Below, in pieces: positions 13,514-26,069 of a stretch of DNA of 64,000 bases. The notes under the pieces were generated by a model. It was given only the letters and a program-made list of their open reading frames with translations, ran no database searches and was not told the origin of the DNA. Made by a program: the position numbers and the translations under genes. Origin of the DNA: Eledone cirrhosa (lineage: Eukaryota); NCBI GenBank assembly GCA_964016885.1, contig OZ024762.1, positions 1,426,001 through 1,490,000 of the forward strand, written 5' to 3'. Every line of letters starts with the position of its first letter. Position 1 is the stretch's first letter.

Positions 13514-14379
13514 AATATAGATAAGTTCAGTTTTATGTCTCAAATATCTGAGAAGAAAGGTTAAAACATTACAATGTCTACTTTATAGAGAGAGAGTGTA
13601 TAGTGTAGTGTCTGAATATCAGAAATGGAGTTAAAACATGTCTGTATATCCTAGAGAGACTTGTGTACATAGGAGACATTACTGGGTTTTATGTCTTAAT
13701 ATCTACATTGTTTACAGGAGAGAGTGTATATAATGGAGAAGGTTAGGTGTGTATATGGTAGCAATGTATTAAAATAGAACTCTACACTGTTTACAGGAGT
13801 GAGTGTATATAATGGAGAAGGTTCGGTGTGTATATGGTAGCAATGTATTAAAATAGAACTCTACACTGTTTACAGGAGTGAGTGTATATAATGGAGAAGG
13901 TTAGGTGTGTATATGGTAGCAACGTATTAAAATAGAACTCTACACTGTTTACAGGAGAGAGTGTATATAATGGAGAAGGTTAGGTGTGTATATGGTAGCA
14001 ATGTATTAAAATAGAACTCTACACTGTTTACAGGAGAGAGTGTATATAATGGAGAAGGTTAGGTGTGTATATGGTAGCAATGTATTAAAATAGAACTCTA
14101 CACTGTTTACAGGAGAGAGTGTATATAATGGAGAAGGTTAGGTGTGTATATGGTAGCAATGTATTAAAATAGAACTCTACAAACCTCTCAACACGAAAGT
14201 AAGATCCAAACCAATGTCAGTAATAGTCCCAGAGTAAATAAAACGATGTTACTTCTTCAATACATTGAAGAGAAATGACAACAACGGAAGTAGATTTCCA
14301 CAAACCGGAAGTAGCTCAATGTCAACAAAGGGCAAATAATTCAATTCAGGGGGAGATAACTCTCATCGAATTTTTTGGC

Positions 14380-14541
14380 AAAAACTCATGCGAGGCGGGA
14401 GAGCAGGCCAGCATAAAGCCAGCCTGCAACGGTCCCGGCCGACCCCGCAACGATTCGAACTTCAGACACGATCGAGTGGTCAGCCATACCGAAGTACGAC
14501 AGCGAAGCCAGAAACGCTACGTGCAGCGCCACGCACAAGCC
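14380..14541 (-). ncRNA. Second copy of the candidate structured Pol III RNA
   Basis: Reverse complement of 5509-5670 with no differences seen by eye; the TATA element is retained upstream. Confidence 0.6.
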
Positions 14542-15365
14542 GCAATTCTACAGAGTCAAATAGTCATACTTATAGCTAACATTTTCTTTCTTTTTTAAAA
14601 AAAAAGAAACGGAAAGAAAGCGAGATAACACGACATATTCCGAGTGTTATCTCGCTTTCTTTCCGTTTCTATATATATAAATATAACGGGATATATAGCC
14701 ATTGAGGAACTACTAGTATTTTGTACATATATAATAGGGTATATGGCCATTGAGGAACTACTAGTATTTTGTACATATATAACAGGGTATATAGCCATTG
14801 AAGAACTACTAGTATTTTGTACATATATAACAGGGTATATAGCCATTGAGGAACTGCTAGTATTTTGTACATATATAACAGGGTATATAGCCATTGAAGA
14901 ACTACTAGTATTTTGTACATATATAACGGTATATAGCCATTGAAGAACTACTAGTATTTTGTACATATATAACAGGGTATATAGCCATTGAGGAACTGTT
15001 AGTATTTTGTACATACATAACGTGTGTTGTATCTTTGAGCAAGACACTTTATTTCACTGAAGAAGTGAGATGATAGGGACTGGGGTCTATATCATTCCAC
15101 TGCAAAGTGGACGTGGAGGTGCCAAGCATCCAGCTGTAGAAATCAAACCAGAATCAGTTCCCGTCCCACCCTTGCAAGCAGGGAAAAAGCGGATGTAAAA
15201 ATGAAATGAAATAACAAGATACACACAAATAGAAGGGGGTCGACCTGTCAATATTTTCAGCAACTTCACATTCTACGTAAATAAGGTTTCTCAGACAAGA
15301 TAAGGTCACCTTATATTCGAGTATATTAACTGAGAAACACCTAGTATTTTGTACATCTATTCTTC

Positions 15366-15681
15366 TTGCTCGACGAGGCTGGAGTCATCCAAAGCCAGCG
15401 ATCTCAAAGTATCATCGTGGGTAGAGCCAACCAGGTCCACCAGAGATCTTCCCTGATGTCATCCAGCCGTGTGGGTCTGCGTCGAACGAGAGTAAGGCAC
15501 AGGTATCTGGCAAAGAACATGTCCGTACCAGCACATGAGTTGGGAAGCTATAGGCTGATGCACATGCAGCACCTTGTTACGAATGTGATGGTCCTCAAGG
15601 CTCTGCTATTGAAGCTGTCAATCCTCTTTGTGAGGGGCCACGTTTCTGCTCCATAGAGGAGAATGGAGAGGACTGATGCCT
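15366..15681 (-). mobile_element. RTE-like LINE remnant
   Basis: Minus strand reads ...SVLSILLYGAETWPLTKR, carrying the RTE-type LYG(A/S)ETW motif. Confidence 0.6.
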
Positions 15682-16419
15682 CTATTCAGAACAATTAATA
15701 TATAGGTAAATATACTTACTTCAAGATGGTAACATAGCCTTAGACAGATCTGTATATGGAATCAACATATAAATAACTCTGCTGGTACCTACTCTCATCA
15801 ACATGAAATAAAGAGTTTTTAAAGAACACTTGAGTGTATTGGCTGTGAACATAGGGCATTTTCTTAAAAACTGGCAGAGCCTATTTCCTCTCCGGGTCTG
15901 AATGCAACAGATTTATTTCAGAGAATGGAAGTGAGAAAGAGATATAGAAGATTTGACCCCAATATTAGACTGGTACTTTTTTTAGTGACCTCGGTAGAAT
16001 TTGAACCCTGTGCAACATAACTTCACAAACGCAGATATTAAATCCGTAATGTTCAGAAAGTCATGTAACCAGGCAAGCTGCACTTCATCAGCAGACCACC
16101 AAAGTCACTAGATCAGTCTATACATTGTGTAGTAACCATTACCACTGGATAAGATATCATAGCAGCTCTTGTTAGTCACACTTTGCCTGTAATGAAAATA
16201 AAGACTTCTATAGTAGACAAAAAGTGTGATTTAGTGGTTGAGTTCAAAGAAAAGAATTTGCACCAAAAGAAGAACTCAACCAGTTTATTGTATATATACA
16301 TAGCGAGGCATATAAAAGCTGATGTGCGATAGAAATCGAGCAATCAATATGTAATATTAGGAAACATAAACAAGAAGAAAAGTCTAACCTTATACAGGCG
16401 ATTCAAACCAGTATATATA

Positions 16420-17720
16420 TCGTTGCTTTTCCATGCTTGCATTGGTTGGACAGTCCTTCTCAGCATGGCATCTCTCTACTTGTCCTGTTCCTTCGTCATC
16501 TCCTCTGCCAGTCTTAGTGATTTGAAGTCAGCTCTCACATCTGCCCAGGTTTTTCTTGGTCGTCCTCTACTGCAACTTCCCTCCACTGGGATTTCCTGGC
16601 ATCTCTTCACCCATCGGTCATTGTCCATGAGCACCACTAGTCCATACCAACGCAGTCTTCTCTCCTGTACACCACCTCGGATTCCTCTGAAATCCCCGTT
16701 TCTCCCTTAACTCATCCAAGTTCTGCCTTTCTCACACTTACATTACACATCCAACAAAGCATGGTTGCTTCATTTCTCTCCAGTCTATACATGTCCCATG
16801 TAGCACCCCGTCCTCTACAGTCACAGCTCATGTTTCACTACCATGCAGCACCACGTCCTCTATAGTCACAGCCCATGTAGCACCACATGTCCCCTGCAGT
16901 CACAGCCCATGTTTCACTACCATGCAGCACCACGTCCTCTATAGTCACAGCCCATGTAGCACCACATGTCCCCTGCAGTCACAGCCCATGTTTCACTACC
17001 ATGCAGCACCACTTCCTCTATAGTCACAGCCCATGTAGCACCACATGTCCCCTGCAGTCACAGCCCATGTTTCACTACCATGCAGCACCACTTCCTCTAT
17101 AGTCACAGCCCATGTAGCACCACATGTCCCCTGCAGTCACAGCCCATGTTTCACTATCATGCAGTATCATACAGTCATTCTTTTTTAGGTAGGGAGAAAC
17201 CTTTTGTTATCAACAGTGGGAGTGATTCTTCCATCCTCTCCAACTATTATACTCTCGGTGCACCCTCCTCCACTATGAGTCCATCCTGTGACTCGGTGCC
17301 CCCTCCTCCACTGCTAATTAAGTCTCCTAGATAGCAGAAGCTATCAACCTCATCTATAAGTCCTCCCTGTCACTGTAAAAGGTTTATATCATTGCACTTT
17401 TCCTCTTGATTTCTCCTGTGCATCTTCTACAAGCAAAGTTCTCCCTTCCTGTTAGTCTACATGTTATCCCACTACATCTGCACATAGTATGGATTTTAAG
17501 TCTACCTTTTCCTACATATTCCCTGAGGGAATCTGGGCCCCATCTTTTTTACTCACTAGCACTTTAGTTTTGGTTAAGTTTCCCCTCAGACCTTTTGATT
17601 CCAAATTTATTTTCTAGTTCTTTTTCAGTTTCAGGCACAGGGAAGTTTCCATGGGCAACCAGTTTTAAACTGCTCTGTTATGGCCTGAAGAACTGATGTA
17701 CAGCAGTGGGCTAAGAACTT
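16420..17720 (-). mobile_element. Degenerate RTE-like LINE with an internal 79-bp tandem expansion (~16790-17165)
   Basis: Reverse-complement similarity to the RTE copy at 22706-23340 (segments resembling LRWYG, RGRPRKTW and FCYLGD). Confidence 0.7.
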
Positions 17721-18628
17721 TAACCCTTTAGCATTTAGATTACTCTATATTTACGAATGTATTTTCATGGTAAAGTCTTTACTTCACATAACATTTACAT
17801 TACTCTATATATATTATTGTATTTTCATGGTAAAGGCTTCACATACTATTAAATCTATGAGATTTTGTTATTTATTTAGAGAACAATACCTTAATATAAG
17901 TATGAGTCGCCAGTTACGGCTGGTTTGAACAGAAAGGGGTGAGGTTAACACTGTCACATTAGGGAGGTTGACATAACTGTAACAGCGTGGAAAAATGGAT
18001 ATAAAAGCGATGATGATATATATATCTCATGTGAGAATAAGAACTCAATACTGGGGTAGTTTATATATTCTTTATTATGGCTCAGTGAAGACTGTGGAGT
18101 TTCACCTAATAGGGTCATCAGGCAATACATATTGTGTGTATGGGAGAATGTATGTTGGAAAAACAGTTACATTATGTTGAATCATTTAGCCATAATAAAG
18201 TATATATATATCTGTATATGTATATATCTGTATACATATATATATCTGTATATGTATGTATATATATATATATGTTAGATAATAAAATGAAGATGTACAA
18301 ATAAAACCATCTCTCATTTATTATATGTATATATATATCTGTATACCTATCTTTATATATATACACACATATATATATTCATACATACATGGTTACTTGA
18401 TGTAGCAGAAATAGCAGCCACATCCAACTGTCTGAATAAGACATGTAGTGCAAATGTAATTCAAAATAGAATTCATCTTAAAACAATGCTGGAAAGGTGA
18501 TCATCCATCATAGGTCTGCCTGCTGAACGGCCTGGATCTGGACCGGGGCTAAATGACAGCCACCACCAACACATAAATGTATATAATATACGGATGACAG
18601 AAATTGTCTGCTAGGAATTGTCGTGGAA

Positions 18629-18860
18629 TTATTTGAAGTTGAAGCGTATCTTGACCAGGTATTTCATTTTCACCTGTTTTGTGTCGTATACAACATACTC
18701 GTTGTAGTTTAATGTGTAGCCAGATGGATTAGCAACACAGGTGTCTGTACCTCTGCCATACGGTATGATGGTACCATCTTTCCTGCAACGATACAATGGC
18801 AAAGATTAGAACTAAAACAACAAACCTCCTAGAGAAGTAAAAAAGATGAATTTGTGGGTT

Positions 18861-18909
<49 letters not shown>

Positions 18910-21432
18910 AAGTATGTATATATATATATGTGTGTAAGTGTGTGTGTGTATATATATATATGTGAAATATTCGATGTTTGAAAGCCACGACAATGTAGGT
19001 TTAGACAGAGAATAATTAAATGGTAAGAAACAGGGGTTGTTTTTTTACCTTAATTTATTCCTATATCCTGATATTTTGAGATTAATATCTCTTCTTCCTC
19101 GGAAGAAGAAATATCAGATACAATGCTTCAAGTAAACTACAAATTCCTTATATAACAAAGTATTATATATACATATATAAAACAAAGTGTTGTAGTTTGC
19201 TTGAAGCATTGTGGAATAAGAAATACAAATTTAAATAAGTTTAAATATCTGGAAGCCTGACAATGTGTGCGAGATAAAAAGTGCCAAAGTAACAGGAGTT
19301 ATAGAGAATAAAGGGACTGAGAACGGTAGAATTGTACCTTAGCTATTTTATTGATCTCAAATATTTTGTGATTTAAAAGCCACTCTCAAGAGAATCCATG
19401 GAGAGGGGCTTAGAGAGCAATTGGAGAAGAGTTGTTTGGCTGGCAGATTTAATTTAAATGTATATATATATATCATCATCATCATCGTTTAACGTCCATC
19501 TTCCATGCTTGCATGGGTTTGGACGGGAGTTTTCCCCCTTGAGGCAAGATTTGTTGTCCTGCTCGTATAGGACTGTCAGGCGGGTTTTCTACGGCTGGAT
19601 GCCCTTCCTAACACCAACCACGTTTACAGTGTGGACTGGGAGGTTTTTACCGTGTTACCTACACGGCCACATTACAGCGTGGACTGTGTTTTTTTTTTGT
19701 TGTGACACCTAACGACCTCATTTGTTAAATAATATTTAAACATTTTAAAATAAATAGTTGTATTGAGGTAACAGAGGCAATTTTAGGCAGTTTGATACAA
19801 AAAGGGTTAAATTTTGAAAAAATACTTACATTGTTTGATATGTGGTAGGGTGTGGGGCCACACGACCGAGACCCTTAACACTGCTTTTCCCTGGAGGTAG
19901 TCTATCGGCATAATAGTTTGCCTCTAACAGCTCATGACATTCTCCTAGGGACACCTGGTTAAAGATAAAGTTTTAACATTTCCTTAAATATAATATATAC
20001 CCCACAAGATTTCCTTAAATATAATATATACCCCACAAGATTTCCTTAAATATAATATATACCCCACAAGATTTCCTTAAATATAATATATACCCCACAA
20101 CATTCCTTAAATATAATATATACCCCACAAGATTTCCTTAAATATAATATATACCCCACAAGATTTCCTTAAATATATATACCCCACATTTCCTTAAATA
20201 TAATATATACCCCACAACATTTCCTTAAATATAATATATACCCCACAACATTTCCTTAAATATAATATATACCTCACAACATCTCCTTAAATATAATATA
20301 TACCCCACAACATTTCCTTAAATATAATATATACCTCACAACATTTCCTTAAATATAATATATACCCCCACAACATTTCCTTAAATATAATATATACCCC
20401 ACATTTCCTTAAATATAATATATACCCCACATTTCCTTAAATATAATATATACCCCACAACATTTCCTTAAATATAATATATACCCCACATTTCCTTAAA
20501 TATAATATATACCCCACATTTCCTTAAATATAATATATACCCCACAATATTTCCTTAAATATAATATATACCCCACATTTCCTTAAATATAATATATACC
20601 CCACATTTCCTTAAATATAATATATACCCCACATTTCCTTAAATATAATATATACCCCACATTTCCTTAAATATAATATATACCCCACAACATTTCCTTA
20701 AATATAATATATACCCCACATTTCCTTAAATATAATATATACCCCACATTTCCTTAAATATAATATATACCCCACATTTCCTTAAATATAATATATACCC
20801 CACAACATTTCCTTAAATATAATATATACCCCACATTTCCTTAAATATAATATATACCCCACATTTCCTTAAATATAATATATACCCCACAATATTTCCT
20901 TAAATATAATATATACCCCACATTTCCTTAAATATAATATATACCCCACATTTCCTTAAATATAATATATACCCCACATTTCCTTAAATATAATATATAC
21001 CCCACATTTCCTTAAATATAATATATACCCCACAACATTTCCTTAAATATAATATATACCCCACATTTCCTTAAATATAATATATACCCCACATTTCCTT
21101 AAATATAATATATACCCCACATTTCCTTAAATATAATATATACCCCACAACATTTCCTTAAATATAATATATACCCCACATTTCCTTAAATATAATATAT
21201 ACCCCACACTGAAGTAGTAAACAGGAGTTAGTAAGATTTAAAGCAAGATTTACCTCACAGAGAAGTGCGAGACCGATGTTCTTTTTCTTTGTAGCAAAGC
21301 AGTAGTTGGCACTCTTACTGGACATATCAGCAAAATAGATTCCTTTACCAAACTGTGGAGAAAATGTAGAATCAGCAATTAGACCAACACAGGACTGAAG
21401 AAGGGCTACTGACCTCCTAGACAGGCCAGCAA

Positions 21433-21470
<38 letters not shown>

Positions 21471-24400
21471 TTCCATTACCAAGTGAGTACTGAAGCAGTG
21501 GTTACTGATCTCCCAGATAAGCTAAGGGGAGAGAAAGATTTAAACTATATATTGACATGGAAGACCTGCCTCACCCTGTCTTTAAATAACCCTAGAATTC
21601 TGCTATTTTAGGGGAGAGAAAGATTTAAACTATATATTGACATGGAAGACCTGCCTCACCCCATCTTTAAATAGCCCCAGAACTCTGGTATTTTAAGAGG
21701 AGAGCATGGTTTAACCCTTTAACATTCACATTACTCTATATATACTATTATATTTTCATGGTAAATGCTTTACCTCACATAATTATCTTACATAATATCG
21801 AATCTATGAGATTTTGAAAGTATTCCCTTTGAGAACAATACCTTAACATCAGTATGAGTGGCCAGTTACAGCCAGTTTCAACAGAAAGAGGTAGAGAATT
21901 CTGGCCAGTTTTAGCCGGTTTGAACACTAAAGGGTTAAGCTACATGTTGACATGTTCTGGGAGCTAAATAACCTATGTATCACATTTGAACAAATCAGAT
22001 GGAAACACATCACATACAGACAGACATTTTCCTTTTTATATATATATAATAATCTCTATATATATATTATTTACAATTTGTGTGTAGGCAGGTCGCCCTG
22101 CAACTAGAGTTGGGGGTCACTGAATGTATTACATGGCCTTGAGAACCTCGGGTGTATAGCAATACAAAGATCAATACTCACCATGTAACCTGTGATGGGG
22201 GCATCAGGTGGGGCTATACGGAGTCCACGGCTGAGTATTCCAACCCAGTTGGTTAGTCGGGAGCCGTGCCATAACAACATTCTGGAAAATACAAATAACA
22301 AACATATTGAGGAACTGAACCAATGATGGGAGTGGTGTAGGGGGTGTAGTGTAGTGACATAGGGGGTGATGTGGTGTAGGGGGTATAGGGAGCATAAGGT
22401 GTGGCCTAGTGTAGGAGATGTCGTGGTGTAGGGTGCGATGTAGTGACATAGGCAGTGGTATGGTGGTGTCGTGGTGTAGTGTAGTGACATAGGCAGTGAT
22501 ATGGTTATGATGGTAGCAGTAGTATTAGTAAGTATTCAGTACTAACCTGTTACCACAGTCGATAAACTCGGTCTCTTTCCTACAACTGTAAACCTCAAGT
22601 AACTCCATGTTATAATTGTTGTGTGTCATGGCATGAGTGTTGAGTAAATACTCCTTGACGAGCTGAAAAATAAAACACAACACAACATTTTAATTAGTAA
22701 TCGCAGTGATAGACACGTTTCAAATGCAGGTGGGTTCTATAGAAGTGGTTGATAGCTTCCGGTACCTAGGTGATCAGATTAGCATGGGAGGGGGGTGTTC
22801 CGAGGCCATAGTATCTAGAATAAGGACTGGTTCGAAGAAGTTTAGGAAGCTGCTTCCTCTGCTTACAAAGAAGGGTTTCTCCCTGCATACGAAAGGCTGG
22901 TTATATGATGCCGATGCGCGATGCTGCATAGTAGTGAGACATGGGCAGCAACTGCAGAGGATATGCGACAGCTGGAGCGAAATGAAGCAAGCATGCTCCA
23001 ATGGATGTGCAATGTAATGTGTGTGAACACCAAGCATAGACGAGTTGAGAAAGAAACTGGGTATAAGAGGGATAAGTTGTAGTGTGCGGGGGAGAAGACT
23101 GAGATGGTATGGACATGTGATGCGCATGGAGGATGACCGGTGGGTAAAGAAGTGCCAAGAAATCCCAGTAGAGGTTGCCCACGAAAAACATGGGCGGAAG
23201 TGGTGAGAACAGACCTCAGATCGCTGAAACTCACGGAGGAGATGACAAAGGACCGTGACAAGTGGAGAGATGCTGTGCTGAATAGGACCCGTCCCACTCT
23301 TGCAAGAAGGGAAAAGCGGACATATGATGATGATGATGACAACACTTGTGTATTTGACTGAGTCGTTAAGACATCAGATAGAATGCTTTATGGAATTCGC
23401 CCCACCTCATTGCCTGCTCCGAGTTCAACTTTGCTTTTCATCCTTTCAAGCTCGATAAAAAAGTACCAGTCAAGTACTGGGGTCGATTCTTCCTTTATAG
23501 AAAAAAAATAATCGGCTGTGTTCAGACCTGGAGAGGGTTCGGCTCCGCCGGGTTTAAAACTGCCCTAGACACACCGTATGACGGGGCCTCTGTCACTTCA
23601 CAAGGAGTTATGGGATCTTTATCCTCACACACACATATATAAATGTGTGTGAGGAATAAAATTTGTTCTCCCCATCATACATTTCTGCTTATATCAATAA
23701 CAACAGTAACAACAATATACCCCTACTCACCCTTATCCCCTCTTTCAAGTGACTAGTGCCCTACTTTATAATGTGAAGAGACAGGTGTGAGGTCACGCTC
23801 CAGTGATTGAGTGTCTTACCTTATAATCTGGATGATCTGAAGTGACAGGTGTGAGGTGACACTCCAGTGATTTGTATGTTCTGTCCACAGGGTTCTCTGA
23901 CATGTCACCTTGCTTCAAGATATTGATGGCAATCTCGATATCTCCTAACGCCTGTCAAATAAATAAGAAACAAAGTTGAAAGTGGTCATGTAGGTGACAC
24001 AACAAAAAGCACCCAGTCCACACTGTAAAGTGGTCATGTAGGTGACACAACAAAAAGCACCCAGTCCACACTGTAAAGTGGTCATGTAGGTGACACAACA
24101 AAAAGCACCCAGTCCACACTGTAAAGTGGTCATGTAGGTGACACAACAAAAAGCACCCAGTCCACACTGTAAAGTGGTCATGTAGGTGACACAACAAAAA
24201 GCACCCAGTCCACACTGTAAAGTGGTCATGTAGGTGACACAACAAAAAGCACCCAGTCCACACTGTAAAGTGGTCATGTAGGTGACACAACAAAAAGCAC
24301 CCAGTCCACACTGTAAAGTGGTCATGTAGGTGACACAACAAAAAGCACCCAGTCCACACTGTAAAGTGGTTGTGTAGGTGACACAAAAAAAATCACCCAG

Positions 24401-26029
24401 TCCACACTGTAAATGTGGTTGTGTAGGTGACACAAAAAAAGCACCCAGTCCACACTGTAAATGTGGTTAGTGTTAGGAAGGGCATCCAGTTGTAGAAAAC
24501 CAGCCAGAAACAGTTCTGTATGAGTAAGACATGGTCACCCAACCCAAACTTGCCTCAAATGAGACAACCCATCTAACCCATGCTAGTGTGGAAAGTGGAC
24601 GTTAAATGATGATGATATATATATATATATGCTGATGGTAATGATGATGATGTAGTGGAGGAGGTTGATGAGGAGGGGGGGGAGGGGTCTCACGTTCCAA
24701 CGTTCAGGAGAGGTTGTCACGTCTTTTACATAACTGACGCTCCTCCCAACCCTTTGGCAAGATCTCTACAGTTGGATGCCCTTCCTATCACTAACCACTT
24801 TACAGTGTGGATATATCAGAGGTAGTCATTCATTTGCTCTGCTTCCGGGACATTTTAACAAAATAAAACTCACCTCAAGCAACTGGATCTTTTCTTTAAC
24901 TGTTTCCTTGTCACGGATGACTGGAGGCTTCCTCATACTGGAGGACGAGAATAGATAGGTATATAGATATATAGATAGAGACTGATAGATAGATAGATAG
25001 ACAGATAAATAGATAGATTATAAGAGCTTAGCTGCGTGGGTCATTAAATCAAATTGATTTATTTTAAACATTACATCGCCTGTATTTTCTTCACTTTCTA
25101 TCTCTGCTCGTGTCGGTCTATTTAGGGACTAATGTCCAACCTATCTCTTCCACCTTCATATTCTGTACTTACTTTCTTGGCTAATATATATATCTAGGGC
25201 GGGTAAAATTCCCGAGATCCATGGACGAGTTCTCTCCAGCAGTCTCTGTCCCTCATTATCGCTGTCATGTCCTGGGTCTCCAACAGACCAGTGTCTGTCC
25301 TTAGGGCATCAACATGTTAACCTCGGTCTTCCTCTTGCAGTGTGTCCATGTAGGGGCTAATATATTGGGCCTTATTTCCATCTCTTCTTCACATTTGCAG
25401 TACATTGGTTTGTAGTAATTTGTATTTTATTTGTAAATAACTGGAAGATCCATCATCTTTTCTTGTGTCCAGGTGCTACTGTTCTATGTACACTGGAGCT
25501 AATGGTATCAACCTTAATGAACTGAAATCACAAGGAGCTCCTGAGGTTGACTGATGAAAAGGGACTGCCTTGCATATTGTCTGTTTTTCATTGTCTTCAC
25601 CAATTTTTTAAAATTAATTACCCACCAGGGATGACTGCTATTATTTTAAAGGGCGGTGCCCCAGCATGGCCTTAGCTAGATGGTTGTAACAGGTTAGATA
25701 CATATGTCTCTACATGTGTCGTTATGTCCCAATGTATACTAGAATTAATGGTTTCAACCTTAATATACTGAAACTATAGTAATTTCCAGAGGTTGACTGA
25801 GGAGATGGGACTGTCTGTCGTTTGTGCACTCCCTCTTTTTGAATATATATATATGCCCTAAATATTGATATATATACATATATATGTCCTAAATATTGTT
25901 ATATATACACATATATATATGTCCTAAATATTGTTATATACACATATATATATATGCCCTAAATATTGTTATATATACATATATGTCCTAAATATTGTTA
26001 TATATACATATATATGCTGTAAATATTGT

Positions 26030-26069
<40 letters not shown>

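Larger units (their letters stand above)
13525..15734 (-). repeat. Right arm of the long inverted repeat, interrupted by SINE/LINE pieces (~15020-15680)
   Basis: Mirror of 4841-6270. The terminal 15683-15734 matches the reverse complement of 4841-4888. Confidence 0.9.

Noticed and set aside
14368-14378. Sm-site-like AATTTTTTGG suggesting an snRNA or SL RNA
   Set aside because: No spliceosomal snRNA or spliced-leader motifs were found around it.
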